A stretch of 55,110 bases of DNA from the NCBI GenBank assembly GCA_903901345.1, contig CAIUQQ010000330.1, positions 1 to 55,110 of the forward strand, in the 5' to 3' direction. Below are positions 31,471 through 40,310 of the stretch, one piece after another (within the stretch, counting starts at the first letter, position 1; each line of letters starts with the position of its first letter). The position numbers were made by a program, and so were the translations under genes. Below the pieces are notes generated by a model that did no database searches, had not been told where the DNA came from, and worked only from the letters and a program-made list of their open reading frames with translations. Origin of the DNA: an uncultured Bacteroidota bacterium. Its GTDB lineage: Bacteria > Bacteroidota > Bacteroidia > UKL13-3.

Positions 31471-34146
31471 ATGAACCAAATAGCAGAAAATATAAAGCAA
31501 CGTTTATCGCTTCGCAAACCCTTACAAGAGGCGTTGGATAAACTCACTCAGCTTGCAGCAGAGTTGGAGTTATCCAAAGAAGTTGACCTTAAAGCTGAAC
31601 TGGAAAAAGTGCAAGCACTTTACCCCACTTGCAGCGATTTTGAGCGAGAGTTTCCATCCATTTGTTTCAGCATTGCCACAGGTGTAGGTAAAACCCGTTT
31701 GATGGGTGCTTGCATTGCTTACTTGTATTTAGAAAAAGGCATCAAGAACTTTTTTGTATTAGCCCCAAACCTTACTATTTACAACAAACTCATAGAAGAT
31801 TTTGGCAATAGCAGCAATCCAAAATATGTATTCAATGGCATTGCCGATTTTGTACACAATAAGCCTGTTATCATTACAGGCGATAATTACAATCAGGTAA
31901 GTTCACTATTCAGCGAAACAGAAATCAGGATCAACATTTTCAATGTTTCCAAATTTGCAAGAGAAACCAAGCCAGTTATAGAAGGTGGCCGTAATATGGC
32001 CCCTCGTATCAAAAGGCTTTCAGAATATTTAGGGCAAAGCTATTGGGAATATCTAAGTGGCTTAAATGACTTGGTAATTTTAATGGACGAAGCTCACCGC
32101 TACCATGCCGATAAAAGTAAAGTTGCCATCAACGAATTACAACCCATTTTAGGTATTGAATTAACTGCAACACCTATTGACGAAAAAAGCAATCAGTTCA
32201 GAAATGTGGTGTATGAATACAGTTTGGCTCAGGCACTCACAGATGGCTTGTTTGTAAAGAACCCAACCATTGCCAAGCGAAGAGATTTTAGCCCCAACGG
32301 TAGAAGCATTGAAGAAATAGAAAAGATAAAATTAGAAGATGCAGTTAGTATTCACGAGGACACCAAGCAGGAATTAAAACTCTATGCTTTAAACACAGGC
32401 AAAAGATTGGTAAAGCCTTTTATATTGGTTGTTTGCAGAGATACCACACATGCAAAATCAGTATATGACCTTGTTTCTTCCAACGATTTTTATGAAGGAG
32501 CATTTGCCAATAAAGTATTACAAATTGATAGCACCACCCGAAACGAAGAATTAATTGAGCAACAATTTATTTCCTTAGAACATGAAGACAACGAAATAGA
32601 AATTGTAATCCATGTAAACATGCTCAAAGAAGGTTGGGATGTAACCAACCTTTACACCATCGTTCCATTAAGGGCTGCCAATGCTTCCATATTGGTAGAA
32701 CAAACCATTGGTAGAGGTTTGCGTTTGCCATTTAGCGGAGAAAGAACAGGAAATGAGAAAGTAGATAAATTAACCGTTGTAGCACATGATAATTTCGATA
32801 CGGTAATTGCAGCAGCCCAAGACCCAAATTCTATTCTAAACAAACTTAAATTCATTGAAATAGATGAAGAGCAGTTAAAGCAAAGAGTAGAAGTTGTTAC
32901 AGTTCAAAATACCATTCAGCAAAACATACAGAAAGAACAGGAAGAAGTAAATAAAATAGTTGAACCAGCACAAAAGCAAAAACAGCAAAATATAGTTGAT
33001 GCAAAAAAAGTGTTGGTAAATGTTATTCCGTTTTTCAATACCAATTCGCAGGTTAAAAAAGTAGATGACCTGATGAAGCCCGAAGTAAGAGCACAGGTAA
33101 TGGAAGCGGTAAACAAAGAACTCAATTCAGGGCAAGGTAATTTATTTGCAGTAAGCATAGCAGCCGAAGCAGAAGTGATGTATGAAAAATTAGTTGCCGA
33201 TTTCAAAAAGAACATCATCGAAATTCCACGTATGGACTTGGTGCAAGGTGAAGTAACAGCCAGCTTTGAGGATTTCGATTTAAACAGCACAGATTTCACT
33301 TATGACCAACTCAATGAGGAAATAGTAAGGATTGGCCTCAAAGACCGTAAAATGGACATTATAGAGGTTAAAAAAGGGGTGTATTATGGCAAACCAGAGA
33401 AGCTATTAATATCCGAACTAATCAACTTCTCAGAGATTGACTATGATACCAATGCCGACCTATTACACAAGTTGGCAAAACAAGCCATTGCAGAACTACT
33501 AACCAATTTAAAAGACGGTGAAGACCTCAATACATTAGTGTTTCAGTGGCGTGGAGCAATAGCAAATAAAATGTACCATCAAATGATGGAACATTTCAAA
33601 CTCCACGAACCCGATTACATCAAGCCCAATGTAAAACCCTTCACCAAGATAGAAGATTGGAATTTCACTACCCTAAAAAACGAAGGACGAAAAGATTACA
33701 GAGATGATAGTTTCCCGGCAGTGCAAGTTCCTAAATACGTTTTCATAGGCTTTGAAAAATCTTGCCACTTCGAGTATAAGTTTGACAGCAGAACAGAACA
33801 AATACTTGCCATGATATTAGAAAACGACAAGGAAGTAATGAAATGGCTAAGACCAGCACCAAACCAATTCCGTATCTATTGGCATCACAACAGTAAAATT
33901 TACGAACCCGATTTTGTAGTAGAAACAGCAGATTGCATTTACCTAATTGAAACCAAAAGAGCAGACGAAATACCAAGCAACGAAGTACAGGCAAAAGCAC
34001 AAGCAGCCTTAAAATACTGCAACTACGCAACCGAATACACAGCAGAATTTGGCGGTAAACAATGGAAATATGTATTAATCCCTCATGACCAGGTTAGTAA
34101 GACAAATAGTTTTAAGGGAGTGGTATCAAATAATATTTATAAGTAG
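31471..34146 (+). CDS. res: Type III RM restriction subunit (Res)
   Basis: ATGVGKT, MDEAH, LTATP, LKEGWD, EQTIGRGLR; C-terminal YEPDFVV...LIETK (PD-(D/E)xK). Confidence 0.92.
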   Translation: MNQIAENIKQRLSLRKPLQEALDKLTQLAAELELSKEVDLKAELEKVQALYPTCSDFEREFPSICFSIATGVGKTRLMGACIAYLYLEKGIKNFFVLAPNLTIYNKLIEDFGNSSNPKYVFNGIADFVHNKPVIITGDNYNQVSSLFSETEIRINIFNVSKFARETKPVIEGGRNMAPRIKRLSEYLGQSYWEYLSGLNDLVILMDEAHRYHADKSKVAINELQPILGIELTATPIDEKSNQFRNVVYEYSLAQALTDGLFVKNPTIAKRRDFSPNGRSIEEIEKIKLEDAVSIHEDTKQELKLYALNTGKRLVKPFILVVCRDTTHAKSVYDLVSSNDFYEGAFANKVLQIDSTTRNEELIEQQFISLEHEDNEIEIVIHVNMLKEGWDVTNLYTIVPLRAANASILVEQTIGRGLRLPFSGERTGNEKVDKLTVVAHDNFDTVIAAAQDPNSILNKLKFIEIDEEQLKQRVEVVTVQNTIQQNIQKEQEEVNKIVEPAQKQKQQNIVDAKKVLVNVIPFFNTNSQVKKVDDLMKPEVRAQVMEAVNKELNSGQGNLFAVSIAAEAEVMYEKLVADFKKNIIEIPRMDLVQGEVTASFEDFDLNSTDFTYDQLNEEIVRIGLKDRKMDIIEVKKGVYYGKPEKLLISELINFSEIDYDTNADLLHKLAKQAIAELLTNLKDGEDLNTLVFQWRGAIANKMYHQMMEHFKLHEPDYIKPNVKPFTKIEDWNFTTLKNEGRKDYRDDSFPAVQVPKYVFIGFEKSCHFEYKFDSRTEQILAMILENDKEVMKWLRPAPNQFRIYWHHNSKIYEPDFVVETADCIYLIETKRADEIPSNEVQAKAQAALKYCNYATEYTAEFGGKQWKYVLIPHDQVSKTNSFKGVVSNNIYK

Positions 34147-34164
34147 AAACCATAAAATAGTATC

Positions 34165-34674
34165 ATGAATTATTTAGGTATAAATTGTAGTGTAGAGAAA
34201 GGTTTTGGAAGAGTTATCATTGTTATTCTTAATAGTGAAAATGAAGTATTTCGTCATGTTTTTAGAAGCCCATCTGTTTTTTCTTTCAATAAAAATTCTG
34301 CTGAAATTTTGAATTGGCATAGAGATAATATAACATCATTAATAAGTCAGTTCAACATTGAAGGTGTTGTTGTAAAGAAGACGGAAAGAAATTCCTTTGT
34401 ATCAAGAATTAAAAACTCAGGTATTTTTAAACTTTATTTAGAAGGCGTAATACTTTCCCTTGCAGGTAGCATTGGTAAACTAAATAAACATTTTTATAAA
34501 ACAGACATACAAGCAATACTTCCTACTCCGAATGTTTTCGATTTAGATATTGAAACCATTTGCGAACAAAACGGACTAACAAATTCATTTACAGAAATTC
34601 CAAACTCAGAGATTGAACCTACTAAAGAGGCTTTACTTGCAGTTATATCACTAAAAACAATCGTACAAGCATGA
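34165..34674 (+). CDS. Hypothetical protein, possible RNase H/RuvC-like fold
   Basis: N-terminal YLGIN beta strand, helix, EGVVVK strand, LYLEGVI helix; ATGA overlap with the kinase gene. Confidence 0.55.
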   Translation: MNYLGINCSVEKGFGRVIIVILNSENEVFRHVFRSPSVFSFNKNSAEILNWHRDNITSLISQFNIEGVVVKKTERNSFVSRIKNSGIFKLYLEGVILSLAGSIGKLNKHFYKTDIQAILPTPNVFDLDIETICEQNGLTNSFTEIPNSEIEPTKEALLAVISLKTIVQA

Positions 34675-35810
34675 TTAATACTATCGTAGAAATTGAACAT
34701 CAAGCAGATTTTGAAGAACAAGGCTTTTACTCTAAATCATATTTGGCTTTAGACAAGAGATTAAATAGACATGTTGCAGTAAAAGACATCATATATGAAA
34801 ATCTTACCTCAGATGATGATTTCGGTAAATACTTTGAGGAGGCATATAAACTATCAATGGCATCACACCCCCGTGTATTACCTGTTTATTATGTTGGGAT
34901 AGACCATAATGGTGGCGAAGAAACTATACCTAGAATAGTCACTTGTTTTTTTAAGAAAGGTTCCTTGAATAGTTATTTACAATCCATTTATGCATCTAAT
35001 AAATCAATGGCGTTAGATGAAATAATTAGATATGCTCACGACATTATCCAAGGCATGATACACCTTCATGCATTAGACATCGTTCATTTGGATTTAAAAG
35101 CTTCAAATATTTACATTGGCGATGATGGTAAAATGGTACTTGGTGATTTTGGTCAAGCAAAATTTATTAAAGATGGCATCATACATGAGCATGTAGATTT
35201 ATACCCTGCTTTAGCTCCAGTAGAGGCCGTAGCAAAAAAAGCATTTGATAAAACAACAGATATTTATCAGTTTGGCCTTTTATTATATTCAATGGTATGC
35301 TATACAAAATACCGTGATACAATTGAAAATACATATAAGATAAGCACTCCACAATTAAAAGTAATCTTCAGAGAAAAACCTGCTAATGTTGCTGACCTGA
35401 AATCAGAGTTTAAAGCAAATATGAAATTGTTTAATGAAGCAATAAAAACTTCAAATTTTCCAAACAGAGCAGATTATCCATACTATGTGCCTAAAAAAAT
35501 ACAAGATGTCATTCATAAATGCTTAGAGCCAGTAGTTGCAAATCGTTACAATAATTTCTATGAAATACAAGCAGACTTAAATGAGTTTGTTTTTCCAAAG
35601 GGTGTTTCAGAGTATTACCAAGATTTAGTAACAAATAATATACACTTTAAGAAAGAAGAAAAAATGTGTGTAATTTCAATTGTTCCTTCAGGTGCTAAAT
35701 TTGATTTAAGTGCAACTAAAAATGGACGAAATGTTGCTAAGTGTACTAAACCAAATATATCTCAAGCAAAGCTCCAGAAAATATTGCTTACATTTGCAGA
35801 GGAAATATGA
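34671..35810 (+). CDS. Hanks-type Ser/Thr protein kinase
   Basis: VAVK, EEA, IVHLDLKASN, GDFG, APVE, DIYQFG, CL.P....RY. Confidence 0.9.
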   Translation: MINTIVEIEHQADFEEQGFYSKSYLALDKRLNRHVAVKDIIYENLTSDDDFGKYFEEAYKLSMASHPRVLPVYYVGIDHNGGEETIPRIVTCFFKKGSLNSYLQSIYASNKSMALDEIIRYAHDIIQGMIHLHALDIVHLDLKASNIYIGDDGKMVLGDFGQAKFIKDGIIHEHVDLYPALAPVEAVAKKAFDKTTDIYQFGLLLYSMVCYTKYRDTIENTYKISTPQLKVIFREKPANVADLKSEFKANMKLFNEAIKTSNFPNRADYPYYVPKKIQDVIHKCLEPVVANRYNNFYEIQADLNEFVFPKGVSEYYQDLVTNNIHFKKEEKMCVISIVPSGAKFDLSATKNGRNVAKCTKPNISQAKLQKILLTFAEEI

Positions 35811-36022
35811 AGCAATTTCATTGTAAATATTGTAATAGACCGATGGCAGTTTCCTCTTTGGAATATCGTTCAAATTCTTATTGTAATAAGTGTTTTGACG
35901 AAAGAGCCGCCAGCAAACCCGTAGCAAAGAGTAGCTTGAATACTTTTGAATTTATGGGTGAGGTTATTCCCATGTCCAATGCCAACAGTATTACTAAACC
36001 TTATAAGAAAAGTCATTTTTAG
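35807..36022 (+). CDS. Small zinc-ribbon protein
   Basis: CKYC...CNKC; ATGA overlap with the kinase stop. Confidence 0.65.
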   Translation: MKQFHCKYCNRPMAVSSLEYRSNSYCNKCFDERAASKPVAKSSLNTFEFMGEVIPMSNANSITKPYKKSHF

Positions 36023-36101
36023 GGCATTCCCTTTCAGGTCGGGCTTTCCGCTACAATCTTTTGCGAAAAGCAAAAGGATTTCCACTTCAATCCCTAATGC
36101 A
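36021..36101 (+). ncRNA. Structured element resembling the Flavo-1 RNA motif
   Basis: GGGCATT...GGTCGGGCTTTCCGCTACAATCTTTTGC-GAAAA-GCAAAAGGATTTCCACTTCAATCCCTAATGC; nested stems visible; family name from memory of the consensus. Confidence 0.6.
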
Positions 36102-37362
36102 AAAAGAAGCGGTGTTCGTTCCTCACTTGTAGTTTGATACACCCCCCCCAGCCAACCGCACAGAAATACGGCTTAGTGCTTTGCAACCGCACAAGGCAAA
36201 CCCTTCAAAGCACTCTATGGTATTGCAGTCAGTTTTTAACTGTCATACTTTTTGTGTGGGGTGTTGCCAACCCATACAGCACATTGCTATCCTCATTCCG
36301 CTAAAGCTCCATTGCGGTAGCAAAGAGCTGTGCCACCACACCACCCCAAACAAAAAGACATTTCACTCCAACCACCACCACCGTTCCATTTATGCCAGTA
36401 TAAAAACTGCCTGAAGCTAAATAACATAATGTGGCATTATATTACTTTTTCTCCCCTGCTTATGCAAGCATCCAACCGCACAAAAAGTCATATAATAACA
36501 TTATGTTAAATAGCCAATACCATAGCCATTTTGATAAAATGGAAGCCGTATTTCTTGCCAACCCACACCCCCCGAAACCACGCACCCCATCCACCCTTTT
36601 CAGCGGTGCAGGAAAAAATAAAGCATAAGTTGTTTTATTGCCAATGTGCATTCGGTAGCTTCATTCATTCGTGTCCATTCCGTTTCAGCGTTTCGTTCAT
36701 TCCGCTTTGCTCCAATCTCTACACTACCTTCCACTTCATTACCACTCATTTCATTTCAGCAACCTCGATGCACCGCACAGCAAGCGTGGCTCATTCACTT
36801 CACTTCACAATACCCAAGCAGTATTCCATTCCCAACGCAATTGTTTCGTTCTGTTCAATCACCACACTTGCTTTTTCCAACCGCACTTAACTTTTGGTAT
36901 GCTTTATTTTTTCCTGCGACTTGTTAGCCCCATTCCAACGCACTGTATACATCTTAATTATCACTATAAGAATAAGAAAATACAACAAACATTTTGAATA
37001 CAATTATTGATTAGAATTTGAAATACTGAATACATTTTGAAATAACGAAAAGGAAAAAAATAAAAATAAAAAGTGCAGCAAAATTAGGTGGCTCACACAA
37101 GCCCACGCTGATTTAAAAACCAAAAGACTACGGCATAATGAAAGGCAAATAATCTATTTATTTTTTAATAGGTATTTGCCTTTCACCCTTCGGGACTTAT
37201 TCCGTTTCCTTTTGGTTTTTAAGCCTCGCCACCTATGCAAGTGCTTTCTTTTTTTTTCTGTTTTTTTTCTTTGTCAAAAATTTTATTGGTGTTGTGCGAA
37301 GCGTAGCGAAGCACAGTACAGGCAAGGGGCAGAAGCAGATACAAACTTTAAAAGCAAGTATT

Positions 37363-37785
37363 ATGCACAGTCCAAAAATTCACACATTCAACCCAAAAAA
37401 TCCAGTATGCGATTTTAGCGTTTTCATTCTCTGTAAAGGATTAAACAGCGGAAAACCACTCGAAAAGCCTTGTCCCAATTGCTTTGTAATAGCTTGTAAA
37501 AATGCCGATGAAATGGATTTTTACAAAACCCTTGCATTTGGATTATGGAAGGCAAAGCATTTTCATCAGTTCCTTGTTGGTTCTGTTATTCCATTCATCC
37601 GAATTGATGATTTTAAAAGCACCATCAAAACCCAAGCGGAAGAAGTCAGTAAAAATAAATTGGCTTTTGCTACCGATGTGCAAAAAGTGAAGCTGATTGA
37701 ACGCAAAGAAAAACAGATGTACGAAACATTAGCATTATTAGCCGATGTAAAAAGGGCAATGATGCACCGGTATTTCAAAAGGTAG
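37363..37785 (+). CDS. Conserved Bacteroidota mobile-element protein (DUF6943-like from recollection)
   Basis: FILCKGLNSGKPL..PCPNCFV...L.GSVIPFIRI; ATG at 37363. Confidence 0.7.
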   Translation: MHSPKIHTFNPKNPVCDFSVFILCKGLNSGKPLEKPCPNCFVIACKNADEMDFYKTLAFGLWKAKHFHQFLVGSVIPFIRIDDFKSTIKTQAEEVSKNKLAFATDVQKVKLIERKEKQMYETLALLADVKRAMMHRYFKR

Positions 37786-37998
37786 CCGTAATGGCTGCCA
37801 TAAACTGGGGAAATGCTTTTGCACCATAAAAAATTTATATGCAAAGATAGCAAGGGGGGCAACCGCACAAAGCCGACATTAAAAAACCCAAAAGACTACG
37901 GCATAAACACAGACCCACCGCACAAGGCTCTCATTTATTCCGTTTCCTTTTGGTTTTTTTATCCCCCTTGCAGAGAGAAGCATATAAATTATTTCATT

Positions 37999-38232
37999 AT
38001 GCAAAATCATCCACGTATTTCAGCAGGCAGCCAGTCAGGCATTTGCCTTTTCACTCCGCAGGTTCTCCATCAGCACTTGCAGCTTTCACCTTATGCTTAT
38101 CAGCGTTATATCCGCAGGTCATCGTTAGCCCATCAGCCAGTTTTTGGCATCAAGGTTTATCGGCTTCCTTGTGGTTGTTTCGTTTGGTGCTATCCATCAG
38201 GTGTTCGTGAGCTTTCAGCATTGCCCTTTTAG
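37999..38232 (+). CDS. Possible small protein (77 aa) ending in LPF
   Basis: ATG at 37999 after an AT-rich leader and a hairpin shared with the region upstream of 37363. Confidence 0.35.
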   Translation: MQNHPRISAGSQSGICLFTPQVLHQHLQLSPYAYQRYIRRSSLAHQPVFGIKVYRLPCGCFVWCYPSGVRELSALPF

Positions 38233-38318
38233 GGCTTTGTTGTTCTCCTTTCGACCATAAACCCACCATAAGGATAGGGTAAAGGCAATATGATTGCCAT
38301 CATAGTTAAAATTGATGC

Positions 38319-38348
38319 AAAAAGAAAAACCCCACCGATTTGGTGAGG
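38319..38348 (-). terminator. Intrinsic terminator of 38379..39185
   Basis: Minus strand CCTCACC-AAATC-GGTGGGG followed by TTTTTCTTTTT. Confidence 0.6.
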
Positions 38349-38378
38349 CTTCCTTTTTTCGATAACCCTGTAAAGTTA

Positions 38379-39185
38379 TTAGAAAATGTCTTGTACTTTC
38401 AAAGAATTACCTGAATTGAACAAGTAGTAGTTTACACCAACTTGTTGATAGAACTCAATACCAATGCAATTCAAAACACTCACATCAGCAGTCATAACAG
38501 GAGAACCTGGCAATGTACTTGTGATGGTGGTTGGCAATGCTACTGGAGTACCTAAGTCAATGTAATTTGAATAAGCAACATTTGAAAGCTCATTTAATGA
38601 AGGATCAATAGGCTCATAAATTCCAGAAGTGGAGTTGAACTCAAAATCCGAAATAACTGAAATTGCACTAATCAATCTGAAGTGAGTGGCACCAGCAGGT
38701 GCATTCACAAAATTAAGCGGATTGAAAGCAGGTACAGTTAAAGTTGCACTATCACGAGCAGGTGTATTTGTAAGCGTATAAGGAGCATAAAAAATACTAT
38801 CCAAGCTGATGTTCTTGTCAAAGTTTAATCCAGTTAAGTACTGTCTTTGAGTTGAAACCAAAATGGCTCTGTAACCCCTTGCTTCGGTTAAGTCTTCCAA
38901 ATTGATTTTTTTCATGATAGCCGTTAAACGGCCTGTAAGCTGCGGGTCACTCATTTGTTTCATCAATTGAGCTAATCCAACACGAACAGATTTTCCAGCT
39001 GAAGCACAGCCACCAAACTCATTCATGTTTTCCCTAGTTCTTTCAAACTCTGGTGCAGTTTTTACTTGTTCACCTGTTGGTCCTCCAACTAAGCCAGCGA
39101 AGTGGCCTTGTAAACCTTTGATTTTAAAGTGGCGAATATCGCCCAATGTTCCTTTGTACTTTAATGGTCCTGATTGACGTGCCAT
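38379..39185 (-). CDS. Conserved Bacteroidota hypothetical protein
   Basis: MARQ.G..K.KGTLG...F, PEFERTRENMNEFG....AGK..R, P.GATHF, GIEFYQ..G...Y: a family pattern I recognise in Bacteroidota, function unknown. Confidence 0.75.
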   Translation of the reverse strand: MARQSGPLKYKGTLGDIRHFKIKGLQGHFAGLVGGPTGEQVKTAPEFERTRENMNEFGGCASAGKSVRVGLAQLMKQMSDPQLTGRLTAIMKKINLEDLTEARGYRAILVSTQRQYLTGLNFDKNISLDSIFYAPYTLTNTPARDSATLTVPAFNPLNFVNAPAGATHFRLISAISVISDFEFNSTSGIYEPIDPSLNELSNVAYSNYIDLGTPVALPTTITSTLPGSPVMTADVSVLNCIGIEFYQQVGVNYYLFNSGNSLKVQDIF

Positions 39186-39279
39186 AATGTTATTTTTTTA
39201 AATGTTTTTTAGTAATAAAATTTAGTGTAAATTTACGCCATAACTTATTGACTATCAACTATTAAAGTAGTGCAAAACA

Positions 39280-39771
39280 ATGTATATAAACGTAAAAGAA
39301 CAGACAATTATAAAAACACACCTAAAAGTTGCCAAAGTGGTGGATGGAGATGGAATAATTGTATCCAATTTATTCAACAAGCAAGAAGAGGAAATTAGAC
39401 TTTTGGGGATTGATGCACCGGAATTAAGAATGTGCAATAAATTGAAACAGGACGAAAGAGAAACCCATATTGCAGGGCAGTTATTAATGGAGCTTGGCAG
39501 AAAGGCTCAAAAATTTATGATTAGTGTTATACCACCCGAAACAAATATCACTTTAGTACAAGAGGAGCAGAGCCAAATTGATGCTTATGGTAGAACCCTT
39601 GCTTATGTATATTTGCCTGATGGGAGTTGCTTAAATGAAATAATGATTGCAGAAGGCTTTGCGAAGCCCTACAATCGCTTTTTTTGCTCAGAACTACCAA
39701 AGTATCAAGAATTGAGCAATACCGCTAAAATCAAGCAAAAAGGGCTATTTTCGATAGTCCAAAACTGGTAA
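39280..39771 (+). CDS. Thermonuclease (SNase) family protein
   Basis: KVVDGDG, IRLLGIDAPE, DAYGRTLAYVY, LNE.MI.EGFA, AK..QKGLF; no signal peptide. Confidence 0.92.
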   Translation: MYINVKEQTIIKTHLKVAKVVDGDGIIVSNLFNKQEEEIRLLGIDAPELRMCNKLKQDERETHIAGQLLMELGRKAQKFMISVIPPETNITLVQEEQSQIDAYGRTLAYVYLPDGSCLNEIMIAEGFAKPYNRFFCSELPKYQELSNTAKIKQKGLFSIVQNW

Positions 39772-39788
39772 AAATTTAAGTTCTGAAA

Positions 39789-39885
39789 TGTTGTACCTAT
39801 GTTGTACCTAATTTGGTATAACATTTACAAAATATTGTATTTCAATACATTATAAAGCTACTTGCGACAAGCTGCTGTTAGGTGT
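39789..39885. repeat. Right attachment region of the element plus the remaining end of the split attC-like site
   Basis: TGTTGTACCT x2 (39789, 39800), TAATTTGGTATAACA (39809), core-type TTGCGACAA, TGCTGTT repeat, GTTAGGTGT (39877-39885). Confidence 0.8.
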
Positions 39886-39905
39886 TCGTGCTTCTTTGTC
39901 AGCGA

Positions 39906-40310
39906 TTATTTATGTCCAGTTATTAAGTCCGACCCTTGGTCAAGAACAAACACAAATTCCGCCTCAGAATTGTCCTTGCTGGATACTAAAATGAGATAAT
40001 TATTATTTTCGGTCTTCATACTTAAAATTTCTAATTCATTCGTCAATGACTTTTCTCTAAAATATTTTAACTCATTAGATTCATTTTCTTTTAGGAAATT
40101 GTCGGACTTGAAATAGTCTGTAATTTTTGTCAAAATTTCTTGCCTCTTAAAGGGGTTTATAAAAGCAAAATGAGGAAAGTAGACAACCTCACTTTCCTTA
40201 TATTTTAAGTTTCCAGAATTTGGAAATGGAATAATTCTATAGCAAAAAATAAATCTTATTACTAAAAGTAAAATGATTGAAATAGCGGTAATAATTAATT
40301 TGTTATTCAT
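39906..40310 (-). CDS. Membrane-anchored small protein, candidate immunity protein
   Basis: N-terminal TM helix; overlaps the stop of the RHS-like gene. Confidence 0.55.
   Translation of the reverse strand: MNNKLIITAISIILLLVIRFIFCYRIIPFPNSGNLKYKESEVVYFPHFAFINPFKRQEILTKITDYFKSDNFLKENESNELKYFREKSLTNELEILSMKTENNNYLILVSSKDNSEAEFVFVLDQGSDLITGHK

Larger units (their letters stand above)
17206..39879 (+). mobile_element. ~22.7-kb tyrosine-integrase integrative element (genomic island / satellite-like)
   Basis: 7-bp direct repeat TGCTGTT at 17206-17212 and 39873-39879; arm-type repeats at both ends; integrase, excisionase, primase-helicase and defence cargo. Confidence 0.88.

Noticed and set aside
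1333-33299. Numerous short antisense ORFs inside long genes (e.g. 2967..3269, 7577..7837, 18857..19291, 21224..21589, 32916..33299)
   Set aside because: Shadow ORFs opposite well-supported genes, with no motifs.
25132-34146. DISARM or BREX
   Set aside because: No DrmA/DrmB/PLD or PglZ/BrxC-like genes; mod and res are typical type III RM.
36181-37418. Cluster of overlapping 60-120 aa ORFs
   Set aside because: Low-complexity His/Ser/Phe-rich translations in several frames, derived from repeats and hairpins.
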